Below, piece by piece: positions 54,552-63,899 of a DNA stretch of 64,000 nucleotides (its first letter is position 1; the number at the start of each line of letters is the position of its first letter). The stretch is from an uncultured Gammaproteobacteria bacterium. Its GTDB lineage: Bacteria > Patescibacteriota > Patescibacteriia > Magasanikbacterales > UBA922. A program made the position numbers and the translations under genes. Location of the stretch: contig OZ246405.1 in the NCBI GenBank assembly GCA_965231005.1, positions 231,204-295,203 on the forward strand, read 5' to 3'. Under the pieces are notes generated by a model that was not told the DNA's origin, made no database searches, and was given only the letters and a program-made list of their open reading frames with translations.

Positions 54552-55472
54552 TTAAGTAGATAGTGCTTTTATAGATAGCGCCGTTACCAACGCGCTGCTT
54601 CCAAAATATCGCTCTTCACTCCCAAGCTTAAATAAAGCATCTGCTGGCCATGAACCATCTGATTGCTGTAATTGTAGCAATAATTCTTTTTCTTTTCTAT
54701 TCTCCATACCAAGAAGCTTTGCAAGAGAAACTCTCATTGCAAGATCTAAAGGATATTCTGTTTTTCCAATCCTCTGACGAAGCTGTTTAGTAAGTTTTGG
54801 TTTTATTTTCTTAGCAAGTTCAGGAAATTTCATTAATCTCCCCATAAAATATAGAAATGAGTCTGGTGACTGATAATAACGCGAACCATCTTTATAATCT
54901 CCAGAATCGAGCGTATCTAATACCCAATCTTCTGTTTCTGTTAATTCAGAACCTCGTTCAAGAAGATGTGCAAAGTAAAGTGCATTTACTCCAACAACAG
55001 GATCTAGTCTATTTTCTCTTTCTTTCGAAAGCCAAACTTGCACTAAACCATTTTCATCTTTGTAATCTACTATTTTATCTAATACCGTATCAGCATCTTC
55101 TCTTGATATTTTACCAGATTCAAGTAAAAGTGAGTGTCCAAGTGCGTCTGTATCAGCATCTGGTGGGTACAAATTTCTATCTTCAAAAAAAGTAAATTGT
55201 CCTGACCGTCTCTGCTCTTCTAGATAGTTTAATGAGACCTCTTTTGTTTCACCACTCAATTTAGTATTTTTTACTGCCTCCACAATAACAACCGTTGAAA
55301 AAACTTCACGTGGGGATTCTTCTGCATTTGATAGATCTCGACTATCACCAATATATGATGGAAAATACCCATTTTGCTGTTCTGATTCCAAAAATTTTAC
55401 TCCTTGTTCAACAGCTCTTTCTGTATCTGGTTTCCTTTCTCTGTTTTTTTCTGGATTCATATGCTCCACCAA
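54552..55472 (-). CDS. prenyltransferase / squalene-oxidase-repeat (terpenoid-cyclase-like alpha-alpha toroid) protein
   Basis: It has QxxDGSW-type repeats (LQQSDGSWPADALF; DENGLVQVWL). An alternative start is MNPEKN (55460). Confidence 0.5.
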   Translation of the reverse strand: MVEHMNPEKNRERKPDTERAVEQGVKFLESEQQNGYFPSYIGDSRDLSNAEESPREVFSTVVIVEAVKNTKLSGETKEVSLNYLEEQRRSGQFTFFEDRNLYPPDADTDALGHSLLLESGKISREDADTVLDKIVDYKDENGLVQVWLSKERENRLDPVVGVNALYFAHLLERGSELTETEDWVLDTLDSGDYKDGSRYYQSPDSFLYFMGRLMKFPELAKKIKPKLTKQLRQRIGKTEYPLDLAMRVSLAKLLGMENRKEKELLLQLQQSDGSWPADALFKLGSEERYFGSSALVTALSIKALST

Positions 55473-55484
55473 AACAAACCCACA

Positions 55485-56609
55485 TTACTGCCGAATAGGC
55501 ATGACAATATATAAATAACTTTCATCACCCTTTCCTCTAAACATACATGGCATTTCACTGCTGTTCAAAAGAAACTCTACATCTGTTCCATTAATATGTT
55601 GTAAACCATCCAGCACATAGCGATGGTTTAATAAAATTGAATTTTCTTCCCCAGAAACATCAGCATCTACAACAGAGGAGTGCTCTCCTGTTTGTGCACT
55701 TGTAGAAGAAACAGCAATATTGTTTTCAGAAGCATTTACATCAAAAGAAACAGCGTTTATTCCATTTGTTGTAAACAAACTAGCAGCCTTAATATGTTTT
55801 ATCGTTGTATCAACAGGAAGTGTTGCTGTTGTTTTAAATGAACTAGGAATAATTTGTGTGTAATCTGGATATTTCCCATCTACAAGACGACTTGTCATTT
55901 CAAAACCATTGTAGCGAATTGCAATTTGATTATCACTTACCCACAAACGAACATCGCTTTCTGATTGTTCGCCCTTTGAAAGACCAATTACTTTAATCAT
56001 TTCAGAAACAGTCTTAATAGGAACAATACAAGAAACTTCATCTTCACCTTGTTTTACTGGAATCTTCTTCTCTGCCAGTCTATATGAATCTGTGGCAGCA
56101 AGCACAAGCTCTTTATTTCCCCCTGTAAGCAGTCCAAAGTATGTTCCGGCTAGCTCGGGTCGTATTTCGTTTCTTGCGGCTGCTATGAGCACTTTTGAGA
56201 GAGAATCTTTAAATAATTGTGCATCCAATAGATAATGATGATTTTCTTCTATCTCTGGAATAACAGGGAACTCCTCATCTGATTGTCCTTTTATTTTTGT
56301 ACTAGAGCTTCCAGCTCGTACTTCAAGTTCATTTTCTTTTAATTCAATTTCAATACTATTGTCTGAAATAAGTTGCACAACATCATTGAGTGTTTTTGCT
56401 GGTACAGTAAACGATCCTGTCTTATCTACTTTTGCTCGAACATTCATGCGAAGTGCTATTTCAAGATCTGTAGCAATAAGCTCTACATTTGATTCTTTTG
56501 CATGAATTAAAATGTTAGAGAGGATTGGTAAGTTTCCACCTCTCCCTGCAACACTGTTTATGAGGTTTAGTGCGTGTGAGAAATTTTCTTTGGTGCTTGT
56601 GAATAACAT
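55485..56609 (-). CDS. dnaN: DNA polymerase III beta subunit (sliding clamp)
   Basis: 374 aa with the three-domain clamp pattern (N-terminus MLFTSTKENFSHALNLINSVAGRGGNLPILSNILI). It lies immediately downstream of dnaA. Confidence 0.9.
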   Translation of the reverse strand: MLFTSTKENFSHALNLINSVAGRGGNLPILSNILIHAKESNVELIATDLEIALRMNVRAKVDKTGSFTVPAKTLNDVVQLISDNSIEIELKENELEVRAGSSSTKIKGQSDEEFPVIPEIEENHHYLLDAQLFKDSLSKVLIAAARNEIRPELAGTYFGLLTGGNKELVLAATDSYRLAEKKIPVKQGEDEVSCIVPIKTVSEMIKVIGLSKGEQSESDVRLWVSDNQIAIRYNGFEMTSRLVDGKYPDYTQIIPSSFKTTATLPVDTTIKHIKAASLFTTNGINAVSFDVNASENNIAVSSTSAQTGEHSSVVDADVSGEENSILLNHRYVLDGLQHINGTDVEFLLNSSEMPCMFRGKGDESYLYIVMPIRQ

Positions 56610-56882
56610 ACCTCTTTTCTTTTATTCTTATATATAAATATAAACGATAGTAATAGTAGGGGGTGTGAATAGCGGGGATAAGTAGAAAACTGTTGTAGGT
56701 TGAGTATAAAAAAGTGTTTTTCTATGTGTGTAAAACCTGAAATGAATTGTTTGTTAATTGCGGAAAACTTTTCACCTTTTTTATTTTCTGTTAATAACTT
56801 TTTTTTCTTTCACACCGTTTCCACAGAAAAATCCTTGGGTTATCAGATAGTTATAAACAGAGTTATTCAGGAATCCTGTGGA
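56610..56882. promoter_or_regulatory. dnaA-dnaN intergenic region with DnaA-box-like sequences (possible second half of a bipartite oriC)
   Basis: CGGGGATAAG, TTTCCACAG, GGTTATCAGATA and TGTGGATTA are all visible in an AT-rich context. Confidence 0.45.
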
Positions 56883-58265
56883 TTAAATGCTTTCTGCGTA
56901 CAACTGTTGCTTTAAAACAACAAGGTCTTGTTTTAGTTTTGCGTCCTGTTCAATGTTTGAAGATATTTTTGTGTGTGCATGCATTGCTGTTGTGTGGTCT
57001 CGACCACCAAGTTCACCACCGATTGCCGGATAAGAAAGACGAAGTTCTTCACGAAGAAGATACATAGCAATTTGTCGTGGGAAAGAGAGTTTCTTTTCTC
57101 TGCTTTTACCAAGGACATCTACAATACTAATATCAAAGTATTTTGTTACCACTTCAATAACTTGTTTTGGTGTTACTGATCGTTTCATGCTCTGAGAAGC
57201 AAGACTATCTAGGATTGGTTTTACAGAAGCTTTACTTATTTCAATGTTTTTAAGTTCATGAAGGGCAATAATTTTGTTGAGTGCTCCTTCTAATTCTCTA
57301 ATATTGTTTTGGATTGCTTCTGCAATAAAGTACGCAATGTCTTCTGGAAGGAAAAATTGTCGTTCTTCTGCTTTTGACTGAAGAATTGCAGATCTCGTTT
57401 CAGTATCAGGAGTTGCAATATCTACGAGCATGCCCCATTCAAATCTACTTCTAAGACGATCTTCTAGCTTTGGAATGTCTTTTGGTGGGCGGTCACTTGT
57501 AAGGACAACTTGTTTGTTTTGTTGGTGAAGAGCATTAAATGTATGGAAAAACTCTTCCTGTGTTTGCTCTTTTCCAGCAATAAACTGAATATCATCAATA
57601 AGGAATAGGTCTACATTTCTATATCTATTTTTAAATTCACGTGCACGACCTTGTTTTACGGCTTCAATAAACTCATTTGTGAATTTTTCAGAACTCGCGT
57701 ACATAACACGTACTTGAGAGTCATTTTTTAGCATTTCATTTGCAATTGCTTGGAGAAGGTGGGTTTTTCCTAGTCCAACACCACCATATATAAAGAGGGG
57801 GTTATATGCCTGCCCGGGTCTGGTAGAAACAGCCTGGCAAGCAGCGTTTGCAAGTTCATTTCCTTTTCCAACAACATAGGAAGAAAAGGTATAATTTGGG
57901 TTAATACCAAATTTTTCTGCTTGAGTTGGTTGTTTTGGTCGTGCTGGGCGAGCTTGTACAGGAGGAGCAACAGGCTCTGGAGCGCTAAGTATAGCCTCTT
58001 TTTCAGTAATATTCTTTACACTTTCAACCCTATATTCGATCTTTTTTATTGGTTTTCCAGTGACTCTTTCAAGGGATTTTACTACTTCTGAGTGGAATTT
58101 CTTCTCTAGCCAGTTTCTTGTAAAGGCATTTGGGACGCAGATAATTGCTGATCCATTGTCATAATTAGAAATACCAGTATGACTAAACCATGTTGTAAAG
58201 CTCGCTTTAGATATTTTTAGTTCAAAATCAGCAAGAACAGCCTGCCAAATCTCATAGTTCGTCAT
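56883..58265 (-). CDS. dnaA: chromosomal replication initiator protein DnaA
   Basis: The start was trimmed to ATG 58265 (MTNYEIWQ). It has the AAA+ Walker A GGVGLGKTHLL and a domain IV HTH (RQIAMYLLREEL...GGRDHTTAMHA). Confidence 0.95.
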   Translation of the reverse strand: MTNYEIWQAVLADFELKISKASFTTWFSHTGISNYDNGSAIICVPNAFTRNWLEKKFHSEVVKSLERVTGKPIKKIEYRVESVKNITEKEAILSAPEPVAPPVQARPARPKQPTQAEKFGINPNYTFSSYVVGKGNELANAACQAVSTRPGQAYNPLFIYGGVGLGKTHLLQAIANEMLKNDSQVRVMYASSEKFTNEFIEAVKQGRAREFKNRYRNVDLFLIDDIQFIAGKEQTQEEFFHTFNALHQQNKQVVLTSDRPPKDIPKLEDRLRSRFEWGMLVDIATPDTETRSAILQSKAEERQFFLPEDIAYFIAEAIQNNIRELEGALNKIIALHELKNIEISKASVKPILDSLASQSMKRSVTPKQVIEVVTKYFDISIVDVLGKSREKKLSFPRQIAMYLLREELRLSYPAIGGELGGRDHTTAMHAHTKISSNIEQDAKLKQDLVVLKQQLYAESI

Positions 58266-58657
58266 ATTTTTGTGTTTATTTAGGTAAAAAATTATGTTTT
58301 TTAGTAAAAAAGTTGTGGATAAGGGGTAAAAAAAACTCCTTTTTTTCACTCCAGTACCATTTTAACATAGAAAAAGATATGGAAAAATGGCTTAACATAG
58401 CTAAAAAGTGAGTAAAATGGGGATAACTTGTGGACTATGGGGATAACTAGACGGGTTGACATCAAATATTCAAATATGCTTCAGCTTATTTCTATAGTGA
58501 AAAAAGTATGTCATAGAAAAAGTACTTCGTCCAATAATTTATGCAAAAGGGCATTTTTTACTAGTTTTTTAACATATCCCCTGTGGTTTGTGCCCAGACC
58601 TTGACTTTCTCTTCTTTTTTCTATATAATGTTGTGGCACAAGAAGTACAGAATATTA
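58266..58657. promoter_or_regulatory. putative oriC / dnaA promoter region with DnaA boxes and AT-rich tract
   Basis: A perfect TGTGGATAA box is at 58314-58322. Two TGGGGATAAC boxes 20 bp apart are at 58418-58447. AT-rich stretches lie between dnaA and rpmH, the classic origin location. Confidence 0.6.
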
Positions 58658-58843
58658 ATCTATAATATGCCTAAGAGAACGTATCAACCAAAAAAACGTA
58701 AACGCGCAAAAACGCACGGCTTTCGCAAACGAATGAGTACGAAAGATGGACAAGCTGTCCTAAAGAAAAGACGAACAAAAGGACGTAAAAAGCTTACCAC
58801 AAGTGATGAGAAAACAGGAAAGCGTCGACGTAAAACACGATAA
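58658..58843 (+). CDS. rpmH: 50S ribosomal protein L34
   Basis: [44 protein letters not shown]. The ORF track start was trimmed to this Met. Confidence 0.9.
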   Translation: MYNMPKRTYQPKKRKRAKTHGFRKRMSTKDGQAVLKKRRTKGRKKLTTSDEKTGKRRRKTR

Positions 58844-58901
58844 TAATATCCCCGGTTTTGACCGGGGTTTGTGTTATACTTAGAAAATAAAAATAATATA
58901 T

Positions 58902-59216
58902 ATGTCAGCAGAAAAAATAGTAAGAGGGCGTCCTATAGACCCACTTGAAATTCTTTCAAGAATAGATGCAATTTCAGAAGAAGATATTGCTGCAACACGT
59001 TCTAAGGTCGTATTGCCTGAGCGATTCAGAAGTTTTTTTGATGAATGTGACGAGAGGGAAAAACGGTTTTTGGCAACGGTTGTTAAGTTAACTGATGATG
59101 AAATACAATCAATTTTTTCAGAGCAAGAGTATAACTTTGGAGTTCATGAATTAAAAAATTACATTACACTGTTGGGAGAAATAACTGGAGATGCAAGGTA
59201 TTTTAAAAAAGAATAA
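58902..59216 (+). CDS. hypothetical protein inserted between rpmH and rnpA
   Basis: 104 aa with no recognisable motif. Confidence 0.45.
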   Translation: MSAEKIVRGRPIDPLEILSRIDAISEEDIAATRSKVVLPERFRSFFDECDEREKRFLATVVKLTDDEIQSIFSEQEYNFGVHELKNYITLLGEITGDARYFKKE

Positions 59217-59219
59217 GAT

Positions 59220-59597
59220 ATGATTCCTAGAAAATATCGTCTTAAAAAAATGAAGGATTTTGAAATTCTTTTTAAAGAAGGTCGTTTTGTTGGTGCAGAT
59301 TTGGTTACGGCAAAAGTCTGGAAAATTGATTCAGAAAAATATCCACGAAGAAAATATTCAGTCGAGGATTTGAAAATCGGATTTGTTGTTGGATTAAAAG
59401 TGAGTAAGAGTGCAGTAAAAAGAAACCGGTTGAAAAGACAAATGAGAGAAGTTGTCCGATTGTTATTGAAAGAAGAAAAAATAAAAAAGGGATTTATGGT
59501 AGCAGTGATTGCGAAAAAAGAAATGATTGGAAAAGAGTATGAAGACATTGAAAAAAATATTCTTCATGTTTTAAAACGCGCAAAACTTTTGGTCTAA
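59220..59597 (+). CDS. rnpA: ribonuclease P protein component
   Basis: 125 aa, basic. [19 protein letters not shown] resembles the RnpA RNR-motif, and the gene is in the rpmH-rnpA synteny. Confidence 0.8.
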   Translation: MIPRKYRLKKMKDFEILFKEGRFVGADLVTAKVWKIDSEKYPRRKYSVEDLKIGFVVGLKVSKSAVKRNRLKRQMREVVRLLLKEEKIKKGFMVAVIAKKEMIGKEYEDIEKNILHVLKRAKLLV

Positions 59598-59601
59598 ACG
59601 T

Positions 59602-59868
59602 ATGACTCGTTGGTTTAAAAAAATAACAAAGTATCAACGCTATCCACTGTTGTGGTTGATTCGTCTGTATCAAAAAACATTGTCACCAGATCATGGGCCA
59701 CTTAAATGTTTTCATCCATATGGGTATTGTAAATTTTACCCATCCTGTAGTGAATACGGTCACCGCATTATTAAAAAGAAAGGAATATTAATTGGTGTGC
59801 CAAAAACAATCTGGAGAATTTTGCGCTGCAATCCTTGGAACAAGGGTGGAATTGATATGCCAAAATAG
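59602..59868 (+). CDS. yidD: membrane protein insertion efficiency factor YidD
   Basis: 88 aa; [43 protein letters not shown] is the YidD signature. It lies downstream of rnpA. Confidence 0.85.
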   Translation: MTRWFKKITKYQRYPLLWLIRLYQKTLSPDHGPLKCFHPYGYCKFYPSCSEYGHRIIKKKGILIGVPKTIWRILRCNPWNKGGIDMPK

Positions 59869-59886
59869 TTTAAAAATAAGAAGAGT

Positions 59887-60330
59887 ATGAGTTCAGTAAT
59901 TGTAAAACAAGATTCAGTTGAAAATGCACTAAGCGTTCATCTTGGAATTGAGGAATTTAATGATTCTCATGACATAGGTTTTTTTGAAGAAAGATTGCAA
60001 GGGAAAAGTCATATTGTTTTTGTTTCATATGTAGACAATGAGCCTGCAGGTTATTTGATTGCATATGATCGCTATGAAGACGGATCAATATATTGTTGGA
60101 TGACAGGAGTTTGCAAAAAGTTTAGAAAGAAGGGAGCTCTTACCGCCCTTATGAATGAGTTAGAACGTTGGAGCAAAGAGAATGGATTTTATACTATTAA
60201 AATAAAAACAAGAAATAAGCGTAGAGAGATGTTAGCATTTTTGATTAAGCACAAATATTCTTTTACAGACGTTCAAGAAAAAGAAAGCATTGAAGAAAAT
60301 AGAATTTTGTTAAAAAAAAAGTTGTCTTAA
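59887..60330 (+). CDS. GNAT-family N-acetyltransferase
   Basis: 147 aa with an acetyl-CoA-binding-like block (CKKFRKKGALTALMNELERWSKENGF). Confidence 0.6.
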   Translation: MSSVIVKQDSVENALSVHLGIEEFNDSHDIGFFEERLQGKSHIVFVSYVDNEPAGYLIAYDRYEDGSIYCWMTGVCKKFRKKGALTALMNELERWSKENGFYTIKIKTRNKRREMLAFLIKHKYSFTDVQEKESIEENRILLKKKLS

Positions 60331-60339
60331 AAAAAAGTT

Positions 60340-60368
60340 GCCCCGCTAGCCAAACGACTAGCGGGGGT
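60340..60368 (-). terminator. hairpin terminator downstream of the small GC-rich minus-strand gene
   Basis: gccccgctagccaaacgactagcggggg, with a T-run on the minus strand after a short spacer. Confidence 0.55.
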
Positions 60369-60398
60369 TGGAGGAAAAGTTCGTGTGTCTCGTTGCTC

Positions 60399-60641
60399 TC
60401 AGGTCATGCAGACGCGTTCGACCGTGATCTTCTTCATGTGGTCGTAGCGGAGCGGCAGTCGACCGCCGGCCTTCTTGTTGAAAACGACACCGTTCTCGCC
60501 GAGGTCTTCGACGGTGCTGGAGTCGATCGTGCAGACGTTGCCGTCTGAAAGTTTGATCTTGAGTTGGCCGAACGGTCCAGCCTTATCGAGCTGGTGAACG
60601 AGAGATACGAACATTGGATGCATTATAGAAACCCCCTTGTG
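60399..60641 (-). CDS. small hypothetical protein (80 aa), high-GC islet
   Basis: My own translation from ATG 60641 gives MHPMFVSLVHQLDKAGPFGQLKIKLSDGNVCTIDSSTVEDLGENGVVFNKKAGGRLPLRYDHMKKITVERVCMT. The SD aagggggt lies 7 nt upstream. The 226-aa track ORF 60399..61079 is a read-through artefact. Confidence 0.55.
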   Translation of the reverse strand, partial: HKGVSIMHPMFVSLVHQLDKAGPFGQLKIKLSDGNVCTIDSSTVEDLGENGVVFNKKAGGRLPLRYDHMKKITVERVCMT

Positions 60642-60705
60642 TCCAACAGTGGACATACAATCTATATCATAGCACAGAGGTTTTGTCAAGTGTAAATACA
60701 TATTT

Positions 60706-61032
60706 ATGAATAACTTAAAAGCAATGCAACAGCAAGTTGCAGAAACATTTAAAAAATACGAAAGCCAGGGTACAGAACCTTGGACATTTGAAACTGCTGC
60801 ACAGGATTTGCAGTACCAAATTGGAAGCATTGCAAAGTGTGTGTTGCAATTAAAAAACAAACGCTTTGTAGAAGGCTTGTCTGAAGAGGAAATAAAGAGA
60901 GTTTTATCTGACGAGCTTGCAGATGTTATAGCAGATGTACTGTTTATTGCAGACGACCTTGGAATTGATATTGAACAAGCATGGGAAGGGATGCTGAGAA
61001 GTGATGATAAAAAAATTAAAGAAAGAACATAA
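60706..61032 (+). CDS. MazG-like nucleotide pyrophosphohydrolase
   Basis: 108 aa, all-alpha. The EExxxxxSDELADVIADVLFIADDLGID block is typical of the MazG/NTP-PPase fold. Confidence 0.6.
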   Translation: MNNLKAMQQQVAETFKKYESQGTEPWTFETAAQDLQYQIGSIAKCVLQLKNKRFVEGLSEEEIKRVLSDELADVIADVLFIADDLGIDIEQAWEGMLRSDDKKIKERT

Positions 61033-61148
61033 ACAAAAAAATACCTTGCTAGGTATTTTTTTGACTGATCCCGAACCACAATGGTGATGTGCGGCTCGGG
61101 AGAGCAGTCATCATACGTTAGTGGTTCAGGGTTTGGTTGTTGCTTCAG

Positions 61149-61688
61149 CTACTTCCACGGTCGCTTGAGCGCGTTTTCAAGATCGGTGTGCGAGAGCGAG
61201 AACTCCACAGTCATCGGATCAGGAGCAGTACGGCCCTGTTCATGGTCCATCATTGAGATGTGCCATTCGATCTTGTGTTTCCACGCCCATTCTACAGCGC
61301 GGACGAATTTTTGCACCTCGTCGTTGTTTGAAAAACGCATCGATGCTGTGATGTACACAATGCCAAAGTCCAGAGCCTTGCGTCCATTTTTGAGGACCAT
61401 TTGAGGTCTGACCGTGAGATCGAAACGGTATCCACACTCCAATTGGATTTGGGCTCGGAAGGTCTGCTTGGACTGGTCGAGCCGATCGTCCCAGGTCTCA
61501 GGATTCCTGCTATTTTCTCCATACACACCCATAGATTGGCATGTCGGCAGCTTCCAACGGATAGGTCGGAGAATCCCTCGGTGTGAACGTACGAGCTCAG
61601 GGCCGAACATGGCTTCCAGTTTCCGCATGAGACAGCGAACACTGAAAGGCATTTGACCGTTTTCAACAGTTTTGGTGGGCTTTGTCAT
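61149..61688 (-). CDS. hypothetical protein (179 aa), high-GC islet
   Basis: MTKPTKTVENGQMPF.... The SD aggagga is present upstream. It has no recognisable motif. Several antisense ORFs in this region were rejected. Confidence 0.5.
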   Translation of the reverse strand: MTKPTKTVENGQMPFSVRCLMRKLEAMFGPELVRSHRGILRPIRWKLPTCQSMGVYGENSRNPETWDDRLDQSKQTFRAQIQLECGYRFDLTVRPQMVLKNGRKALDFGIVYITASMRFSNNDEVQKFVRAVEWAWKHKIEWHISMMDHEQGRTAPDPMTVEFSLSHTDLENALKRPWK

Positions 61689-61886
61689 AATATCCTCCTA
61701 GCGTGGAAGAAACGTTGGCAGACCTGAGCATGACTACTCAGCAACGCCAGGACTAGCACGTCCTGTGGTATATTTAGTCTGCATAGCTGTGGTTGCACAG
61801 CAGAATTGAGACAGGATGTTGTCTCCATTCTGCTACCCAACTTTTAACGCCTTATTATGACAGGTTTTTGTTGTTTTGTCAAGACC

Positions 61887-62123
61887 TTAGGATTCTTCAA
61901 TTTCAACAACTTTATTTCGCGCGTTTTTTCCCTTTACAATGGTTATTAACGACTTGGCTACTCTAAATTTCTTGCTCAAAAGTGTAAGAAGTTTTTTGTT
62001 TGCTTCACCATCAACTGGTGGGGCAGTTAAATAAATTTTATAACTTCCATCAGACAGTGGTCCAACAATTTCATTTTTTGAAGAACGCGGCATGACTTTT
62101 ATTGATATTTTCATAACTAACAA
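61887..62123 (-). CDS. DUF167 (YggU/UPF0235) family protein
   Basis: KISIKVMPRSSKNEIVG...YKIYLTAPPVDGEANKKLLTLLSKKFRVAKSLITIVKGKNARNKVVEI is the DUF167 pattern. Confidence 0.7.
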   Translation of the reverse strand: MLVMKISIKVMPRSSKNEIVGPLSDGSYKIYLTAPPVDGEANKKLLTLLSKKFRVAKSLITIVKGKNARNKVVEIEES

Positions 62124-62239
62124 TTAACAAAAAACAAAGAACAAGGATTTGGATTGAAATATAATTACAAGACTAATATAGCAATAAAATAAAATTGTTT
62201 CTATGTAGAAAAAAATCTCGGTTTCCCGAGATTTTCTTG

Positions 62240-63628
62240 TTATTTGTTATTTGTTTCTTGTTCTTTTTTACCATGCTCACAACTTTCTCCATCTGCATGG
62301 TCATGACCACAACCAAATTTTTTCAGTTCAGGATCATTCAATATTTCTTCACCAAGAACTTTTACCTTTAACCAACCCATAACTTTTTTATTTTGCATTG
62401 CTGTTGCAATACTTTCACGAACTTCTTGCTTATCAAGATTTTCTAGATATTGAGGATTGTCTTTGTACATATCTTTCATCATATTGATTTCACCATCAAG
62501 TTCTTCTGGTGAGATAACAATGTTTTGTTCAATTGCAACTTGACGGGAAACAAGAGCAGCCTTTGCGCGTTTTTCAGCTTGCGCAGCAAAGTCATCAAAC
62601 AATTCTTGTTCTGTTTTTTTAATATCTTGCAAATATTGTTGAATTGAAATATTATTTTTTTCCAAATCTTTTGTTAATTCATAAAACATTTTTTGTCTTT
62701 CATTGTTCATGAGCACATCTGGAATTGGGTCAAATTTTGTTTTTTCAATAAGCTGTTCAAGAATAGCAATTTCTGCTGTTTGCATTGCTTTTTGCTCTGC
62801 TTCGTTCAATAAATTGCTATGGATTAATTCTCGCAATTTTGCTACAGACTCTTGTCCAAGTTTTTTTGCAAATTCATCGTTCATTTCTGGAAGCTGTCTT
62901 TCAAAAACATCTTTTACTGTTACTTTGAAATCAACTTTTTTTCCAGCCAGGTGTTTTTGATAATGTGTTTCTGGGAACGCAAGAGTAAATTCTTTTTTAT
63001 CATCTTTTTTTAATCCAGAAAGTTCTTCATTCAATCCTGGGATGTAATGTTTTTCACTTAAATATACTTGATGGTCTTTTGCTTGTCCGCCTTCGACAGG
63101 AACATTGTCAATAAGCATGTCCATATCAATAACAATTTTGTCTGTTCCTTCTGCTTTTCCATCTTTGATTACTTCTTTTGCTTGCATGCCTCGCAACATG
63201 TCAATTGTTTCGTCGACATGTGAATCTTCAACAGGTTTACGATCTTTTTTTACTTTAATTTTTGAAACGTCACAGAGTGTAACTTTTGGCATAAGTGCAA
63301 CAACGGCTTTGTAGACGATATCATTTTCTGGTGCTACTTTTTCAACACTAATCTGTGGCATACCAAGAGTTTCTAATTTTTCTTCAACAACAGCCTTATA
63401 AAATGTTTCTTTAATAACGTCTTCAAGTGCTTCTTGTAAAATGGCCATGTCACCAAGTTCTCGCTTTACAATATCAAATGGAGCTTTTCCTTTACGGAAC
63501 CCTTTGATATTTGCTCTTTCTGACAACTTAACAGCTGCTTTTTCAAGATGTTTTTGATATTCGTCTGGTGTTACTGTGATAGTAAGTTCAACTTGTGACT
63601 TATCTAATGTCTTTGTTGCGTGTTGCAT
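62240..63628 (-). CDS. tig: trigger factor with C-terminal Cys/His-rich tail
   Basis: 462 aa with an N-terminal ribosome-binding domain (GFRKGKAPFDIVKRELG), followed by PPIase-like and C-terminal domains. It ends with GCGHDHADGESCEHGKK. Confidence 0.85.
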   Translation of the reverse strand: MQHATKTLDKSQVELTITVTPDEYQKHLEKAAVKLSERANIKGFRKGKAPFDIVKRELGDMAILQEALEDVIKETFYKAVVEEKLETLGMPQISVEKVAPENDIVYKAVVALMPKVTLCDVSKIKVKKDRKPVEDSHVDETIDMLRGMQAKEVIKDGKAEGTDKIVIDMDMLIDNVPVEGGQAKDHQVYLSEKHYIPGLNEELSGLKKDDKKEFTLAFPETHYQKHLAGKKVDFKVTVKDVFERQLPEMNDEFAKKLGQESVAKLRELIHSNLLNEAEQKAMQTAEIAILEQLIEKTKFDPIPDVLMNNERQKMFYELTKDLEKNNISIQQYLQDIKKTEQELFDDFAAQAEKRAKAALVSRQVAIEQNIVISPEELDGEINMMKDMYKDNPQYLENLDKQEVRESIATAMQNKKVMGWLKVKVLGEEILNDPELKKFGCGHDHADGESCEHGKKEQETNNK

Positions 63629-63800
63629 AACATTGGTTAATTAGTTAATTTGTTGATTGGCTCTAATAGGTAGAAAAATCTACTAGTTAACTAATTAACC
63701 AATCAACTAATTTTCTATTTTGTTGCAGAAGTATAGCGTGTTTTTGAGGTATTGTCAAGGGATAATTTGCTTAATTAAGCTAAAATTAGATAAATTTTGC

Positions 63801-63829
63801 TTGACAAACACCCTTTTTTCTGCTATACT
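63801..63829 (+). promoter_or_regulatory. near-consensus sigma70 promoter TTGACA-N17-TATACT
   Basis: Read directly as ttgacaaacacccttttttctgctatact. The perfect 16-bp palindrome AGTGACAATAGTCACT at 63841-63856 just downstream looks like an operator. Confidence 0.5.
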
Positions 63830-63899
63830 AGGTATATCTTAGTGACAATAGTCACTTTTGTGTCATTTATATATAGATGATGCAAATAACGTCATATAT

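Noticed and set aside
60399-61079. 226-aa minus-strand ORF from the ORF track
   Set aside because: It reads through from AT-rich antisense of the mazG-like gene into the GC-rich islet. Only the last 80 codons, from ATG 60641 with its SD, form a plausible gene.
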